Position numbers and translations under genes: made by a program. This document shows, piece by piece, positions 6,826 to 10,508 of a stretch of DNA of 10,508 nucleotides. Every line of letters starts with the position of its first letter. Within the stretch, counting starts at the first letter, position 1. The notes below the pieces were generated by a model. That model did not search any database. It saw only the letters and a program-made list of their open reading frames with translations, and was not told the origin of the DNA. This stretch comes from Candidatus Thorarchaeota archaeon. Lineage in GTDB: Archaea; Asgardarchaeota; Thorarchaeia; Thorarchaeales; Thorarchaeaceae. The stretch is from NCBI GenBank assembly GCA_048882385.1, contig JBHLRQ010000110.1:1-10508 (forward strand), written 5' to 3'.

Positions 6826-7581
6826 TCATCTTCGCCTGAGGAAAACGATTGTTAACGCAATGACAACTACAGTAACGACACTCCCAATGATGATCAGTTC
6901 CCAAGACAGGGGTGTTGAGGGCATTTTCACAGTGTCATCAACAACTAGGTTGTCTATCGCAGCACCAGTAGCTCTGTAGCAGTAGAACTCGAGATAGGTA
7001 GAACTTGTAACAGCATTACTGGTGAAGTTTGCTTCGAAAGTTCCATTGACGAAGACATAGAAGTTGCCATCACTTGTCCTGCTCACATCAATGTGGTGCC
7101 ATCCTTGTATAGGATCTATATTGATGGTTGATTCAACATTCGAAATTAGTCCGTTCATTGTCCAGACAATGAAAGACGGAGCGGGATGTGCCCAAACTCC
7201 AACACCTACAAAGTAATTGGCGAACGTTGGGATTTGTCTGGAGCCGTTAGACATGAAATAGACATACATAGCATACCCAGAAAGTTCATTGTCTGGTACA
7301 AACATATCGAAACTCCAAGTCCCGACATTCACAGTACTGCTGTGCCTTGCAAAGTTCATATCATCATCAAGTACCTTCAGCGTACCTTCTGCATCCGTGA
7401 AGTTGCCTTCTATCGTAACGAGTGAATATTCATCTTCGTATGCGAATATTGTCCAATCACCTAGTCCACCTTCGAAGTCGTCACTCCAAATCACAGCTGC
7501 ATTTGTAGTTGTTGTGCATACTGAGAGCAAGAGAACAAACATCGTAACTCCAGCAATTAGGTGCATCAGTCTTTTTTTCAC
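6826..7581 (-). CDS. Exported concanavalin A-like/LamG-like beta-sandwich protein with C-terminal membrane anchor
   Basis: Signal peptide MKKRLMHLIAGVTMFVLLLSVC from GTG 7581, which has GGGAGG upstream (preferred over 7608). WSDDFE, GTWSFD, GWHHIDVSR..DGNFYVFVNG and IDNLVV motifs. Terminal hydrophobic helix followed by RRR. Confidence 0.75.
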   Translation of the reverse strand: MKKRLMHLIAGVTMFVLLLSVCTTTTNAAVIWSDDFEGGLGDWTIFAYEDEYSLVTIEGNFTDAEGTLKVLDDDMNFARHSSTVNVGTWSFDMFVPDNELSGYAMYVYFMSNGSRQIPTFANYFVGVGVWAHPAPSFIVWTMNGLISNVESTINIDPIQGWHHIDVSRTSDGNFYVFVNGTFEANFTSNAVTSSTYLEFYCYRATGAAIDNLVVDDTVKMPSTPLSWELIIIGSVVTVVVIALTIVFLRRR

Positions 7582-7757
7582 ATATGTGGCCTCCCATCCT
7601 TTGTCCACACAACAAAGAATTGAACAGACTATATATTAGGCGTTCATTATCTCTGTTTCTTTAGCTGGCATATACAAAGAAACTCATGGGAACATATTCC
7701 ATAAGAGAGAAAGACCTGAGGGCACTACACAACGATAGAATCACGCCCGGTCCACCA
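7563..7757 (+). repeat. Long direct repeat copy B, ending in tRNA 3'-end copy 6
   Basis: Aligns to 6601-6787. Covers the first codons, RBS and upstream region of the 6826-7581 gene. Confidence 0.95.
7738..7757 (+). repeat. tRNA-Ala 3'-end copy 6
   Basis: GAATCACGCCCGGTCCACCA, 19/20, followed by TTTCTCCTT. Confidence 0.93.
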
Positions 7758-7857
7758 TTTCTCCTTGTGTCAGCACATCAAGCCTTTATATTAGAATGAA
7801 ATAAAGCTGGAAGACCTAAGTTTCAAATTTGAAAATCGAGAGTTGCGAGTGAGTTCA

Positions 7858-8982
7858 ATGGTAGAGAAAGAAACATGGGAGAACACGGTGTTCAAAAAAT
7901 TAGAATTACCAAATGGAGTGATTGTTTCCAACCGAATCATGCGAGCCGCCACTTGGATGGGACAAGCAGAAAAAGAGGGAAGATGTGGGGATACGATTAT
8001 AGAAACATATGGCAAAATCAGAGCTGGTGTCGTGGTGACCGGCTTTCAATATGTGATGCATGAGGGGCAGTCAATTAAACGAATGATTTCAAATTCAAAG
8101 CCTGCAGATGTTGAAAGTCTAAAAAGACTTGCAGGAATAATTCATTCATCAGGTGGTTTAGCCGCAGCTCAATTGGTCCATTGTGGGTGTAAGAGTTTGC
8201 CAAAATATTCTGGCAATGATATATTCGGACCTAGTGATATGGAAGTCCCTGGCCCTAAAGGAGAGGTTGTTCAGGTGAAAGCCATGACGGTGGACCATGT
8301 TGAAGAGGTCACTCAGGCTTATGCTAATGCAGCGAAACGTGCGGAAAAGGCAGGGTTTGATTTGATTGAGCTTCACGGAGCGCACCATTATGGTCTTTGG
8401 CAATTCTTTGATCCATCATATAATCATCGCCCAGAGAATGATCCTTATACAGGAAAATCAATCGAAGGTCGTAGCAAAGCGATGGTGGACTCTGTACGAG
8501 CTATCAAGGACACAGTTGATATTCCAGTCCAAGTAAAGGTGGATTCAAGCTCAGATACCGTCAGAACCGAAGAAGTAGGCGAGCTAGTGAAGAAACTTGC
8601 TGAGGCAGGCGCATATTGTGTGATATTCAGTGGCCCAAACCCAAGTCGGAAACCAAGAGATATGCAAGATGCATATTTTCTGGATGACGCATTGGTTATC
8701 CGTTCCATTGCACACGATAGTCGTCTCTTGTTCGGGTTGGTGGGCGGTATCCGGTCTCCAGAAACTGCCATCAAGTTACTGACTGGAGATGGAAATCCGG
8801 CTGCTGCGTTCGATGTCATTCAACTTAGCCGTCCATTAATCAGTGAACCAGCACTCTTTCATCGTTGGACTGAAGAAGCAAAAACAGGGACCCAAGAACC
8901 TGCTCGATGTATATCCTGTAATCGTTGTTTAGCAGCTGGACTTAAGGGAGGAGTAAGATGCGTTCAGTTTGAAAGTGATTAG
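7858..8982 (+). CDS. NADH:flavin oxidoreductase, Old Yellow Enzyme family
   Basis: SNRIMRAAT, AQLVHCG, AGFDLIELHGAHHY, GGIRS, SRPLISEP and a C-terminal CISCNRC...C cysteine motif. Start is ATG 7858 or TTG 7843. Confidence 0.92.
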   Translation: MVEKETWENTVFKKLELPNGVIVSNRIMRAATWMGQAEKEGRCGDTIIETYGKIRAGVVVTGFQYVMHEGQSIKRMISNSKPADVESLKRLAGIIHSSGGLAAAQLVHCGCKSLPKYSGNDIFGPSDMEVPGPKGEVVQVKAMTVDHVEEVTQAYANAAKRAEKAGFDLIELHGAHHYGLWQFFDPSYNHRPENDPYTGKSIEGRSKAMVDSVRAIKDTVDIPVQVKVDSSSDTVRTEEVGELVKKLAEAGAYCVIFSGPNPSRKPRDMQDAYFLDDALVIRSIAHDSRLLFGLVGGIRSPETAIKLLTGDGNPAAAFDVIQLSRPLISEPALFHRWTEEAKTGTQEPARCISCNRCLAAGLKGGVRCVQFESD

Positions 8983-10430
8983 GAATAACTCCAAAAGAGG
9001 GTAATCGAATCACACCCAGTCAACCACTCTTCTTTTTGATTCTGAGTAGTCATTATCTCCATTTTGATTGATTGATTAGAATTTTCTATTATTTGACTAC
9101 TGGCTCCCAAGCACCTTGCCGATAGAGCCTGATGTCCAAGAGCAGTGTATTCCACAACCCCACCTACCATTGTCATTAGCACTTCTATGTCAGCAAGAGT
9201 GTTTTCTGGAACTGTCAGCGGGTTGTCTGAGAGCATCACAAGGTCTGCAAATTTGCCCACCTTGACGCTCCCCTTTACATCCTCTTGAAACGTCCCATAG
9301 GCCGCATCGATAGTCAGTAGTCGAAGAGCTTGTTCCACGCTGATAGTCTGATTCAACATCCAATCTGTAGGCGTTAGTCCAAGCCTACCGACTCTGGTGA
9401 CAGCACTAGAGATAACATACATTGCTGACCTATCAGTTCCTATAAGCCAAGGATAGTCGGTACTTCCCATTGTTGGGATTCCTGCTTCAAGAATATCTCT
9501 CCATCTACCTACGAGGTGTGAGTAATTCTGTAGATATGGCCATGATTCCGCTTCCTTCCAATCTGAGTTGAACCATGTGAGCTGGATTGAGGCGGTAATT
9601 TCTAGATCGGCCAGTTTCTGTATCCGGTCATCATTGAGTAGAACGAGATGCTCGATTCGGTGTCTATGCTGTTGGTTCGATTCCCCGTCCAAGGCCGACT
9701 CCAGAGCGTTTAGAACAATGTCTGTGGCATTGTCAACTACACTGTGAATAGATATCTGAAATCCGTCATCATGGGCCTGTTGTACCAGTGCGTCTAGTTC
9801 AAGCTGGTCGAAGTAGTGAAGCCAATCGGTGTACCAGCTGTCCATGAAAATCTTAACCCCACCTATCCTCAACTTCGAACTATATTCCTGCCCGGGTTGA
9901 TAGGCCTGGTACCAATCGCCGAACCTCTCGAACTGCCAACTCAAGGGGAGATAGGCATTGACACGAATGCGAAGGTTGTCCTGTTGATTCAAAGTAATGA
10001 GACCATCCAGGCGTTCTTGATTCACAAAGAGTTCAGAAATACTGGTCCATCCAGCACTAAGTACTGAATCAATCACTTCATCTGATGTTGATTGGTTCAC
10101 GTAGCTCCGATCACCAATATGATGTGAATGAGCATCATTGAAACCGGGTAGAAGTGTCCTTCCTCCAAGGTCTATGAGTTGAGTATTTGGTCCTGCCAAC
10201 GCAAGAACATCATTTTCATCGCCCACAGCGACGAAATACTCACCTTGGATGGCTACTGCTTCGACTTGTGAAGGGGACTCTTCCATGGTAAGAATTATAC
10301 CATTGTGGAAAATAATGTCGGGGGCAGTTTCGGATGTTTTCCAGAATCCTTGAAAACCTAGATACAAGAGAGAAGCTAGTAATATCGTGAGTACGAGAGA
10401 TGTAGCTAGAAACAGTCCACGTCGTGTCAT
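8979..10430 (-). CDS. Metal-dependent amidohydrolase (Amidohydro_3/YtcJ-like) with N-terminal signal/anchor
   Basis: IDLGGRTLLPGFNDAHSH, GGVKIFMD, QISIH, RHRIEH, GSTD, GSVKVGKFADLVML motifs. Confidence 0.92.
   Translation of the reverse strand: MTRRGLFLATSLVLTILLASLLYLGFQGFWKTSETAPDIIFHNGIILTMEESPSQVEAVAIQGEYFVAVGDENDVLALAGPNTQLIDLGGRTLLPGFNDAHSHHIGDRSYVNQSTSDEVIDSVLSAGWTSISELFVNQERLDGLITLNQQDNLRIRVNAYLPLSWQFERFGDWYQAYQPGQEYSSKLRIGGVKIFMDSWYTDWLHYFDQLELDALVQQAHDDGFQISIHSVVDNATDIVLNALESALDGESNQQHRHRIEHLVLLNDDRIQKLADLEITASIQLTWFNSDWKEAESWPYLQNYSHLVGRWRDILEAGIPTMGSTDYPWLIGTDRSAMYVISSAVTRVGRLGLTPTDWMLNQTISVEQALRLLTIDAAYGTFQEDVKGSVKVGKFADLVMLSDNPLTVPENTLADIEVLMTMVGGVVEYTALGHQALSARCLGASSQIIENSNQSIKMEIMTTQNQKEEWLTGCDSITLFWSYS
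9005..9026 (+). repeat. tRNA-Ala 3'-end copy 7 (degenerate, inside the amidohydrolase tail)
   Basis: TCGAATCACACCCAGTCAACCA, 18/22, followed by CTCTTCTTTTT. It begins 22 nt after the OYE stop, the position expected from the array pattern. Confidence 0.75.
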
Positions 10431-10494
10431 TAGATTAACTCCTTTCCCTAACCAAGCAGAATTCTAATGTTTGAAGTTAGATAATAATCATCCG

Positions 10495-10508
10495 TTCGAA
10501 TCTCGCCC
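10495..10508 (+). repeat. tRNA-Ala 3'-end copy 8 (cut by window end)
   Basis: TTCGAATCTCGCCC, 14/14. The preceding bases (ATCCG) cannot form the T-stem, so it is not part of a whole tRNA. Confidence 0.85.

Larger units (their letters stand above)
3340..10508 (+). mobile_element. Tandem array of single-gene cassettes delimited by tRNA-Ala 3'-end (att-like) direct repeats; last repeat cut by the window edge
   Basis: Eight co-oriented tRNA 3' fragments with one long ORF per interval. Mobility is inferred from the known use of tRNA 3' ends as integration sites. No recombinase is visible here. Confidence 0.7.

Noticed and set aside
6639-6839. 66-aa plus-strand ORF in the long repeat
   Set aside because: The equivalent frame in repeat copy B hits a stop at 7637-7639, so it is not conserved. 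The repeat is better explained as a minus-strand upstream region.
7186-10067. Remaining short ORFs nested in the ConA-like, OYE and amidohydrolase genes
   Set aside because: Antisense or alternate-frame shadows of genes with clear family motifs.
3340-10508. CRISPR array interpretation of the ~23-nt direct repeats
   Set aside because: Intervals are 0.6-1.5 kb and gene-containing, the repeat is a tRNA 3' end, and no cas genes are present.
3340-10508. Classical integron with attC sites
   Set aside because: No RYYYAAC...GTTRRRY palindromic attC structure and no IntI. Cargo genes occur in both orientations.
1-10508. Integrase, transposase or reverse transcriptase gene serving the array
   Set aside because: None of the translated ORFs shows tyrosine recombinase (R...HxxR...Y), serine recombinase, DDE or RT (YxDD in context) signatures that I can recognise.

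Overview
Archaeal window: the tRNA carries bulge-helix-bulge (BHB) introns and TATA-type promoters are present; an Asgard/Thorarchaeota-like source is only an impression from protein style. It holds a complete tRNA-Ala(GGC) gene on the minus strand (2139-2306) interrupted by three ~30-nt introns. A diverged inverted copy of its promoter and first exon lies at 912-979. At least eight direct copies of the tRNA 3' end (TTCGAATCTCGCCCGGTCCACCA, exact or degenerate) occur on the plus strand from 3340 to the window end. Each interval between consecutive copies (about 0.6-1.5 kb) holds one unrelated gene in either orientation: membrane-anchored hypothetical, DUF169, PH-like/Zn-ribbon, membrane protein, ConA/LamG-like surface protein, OYE flavin oxidoreductase and amidohydrolase. 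The region reads as an integron-like single-gene cassette array delimited by tRNA 3' ends, with no integrase in the window. A NucC/DUF6602-like nuclease and a possible PycTM-like membrane protein flank the tRNA.
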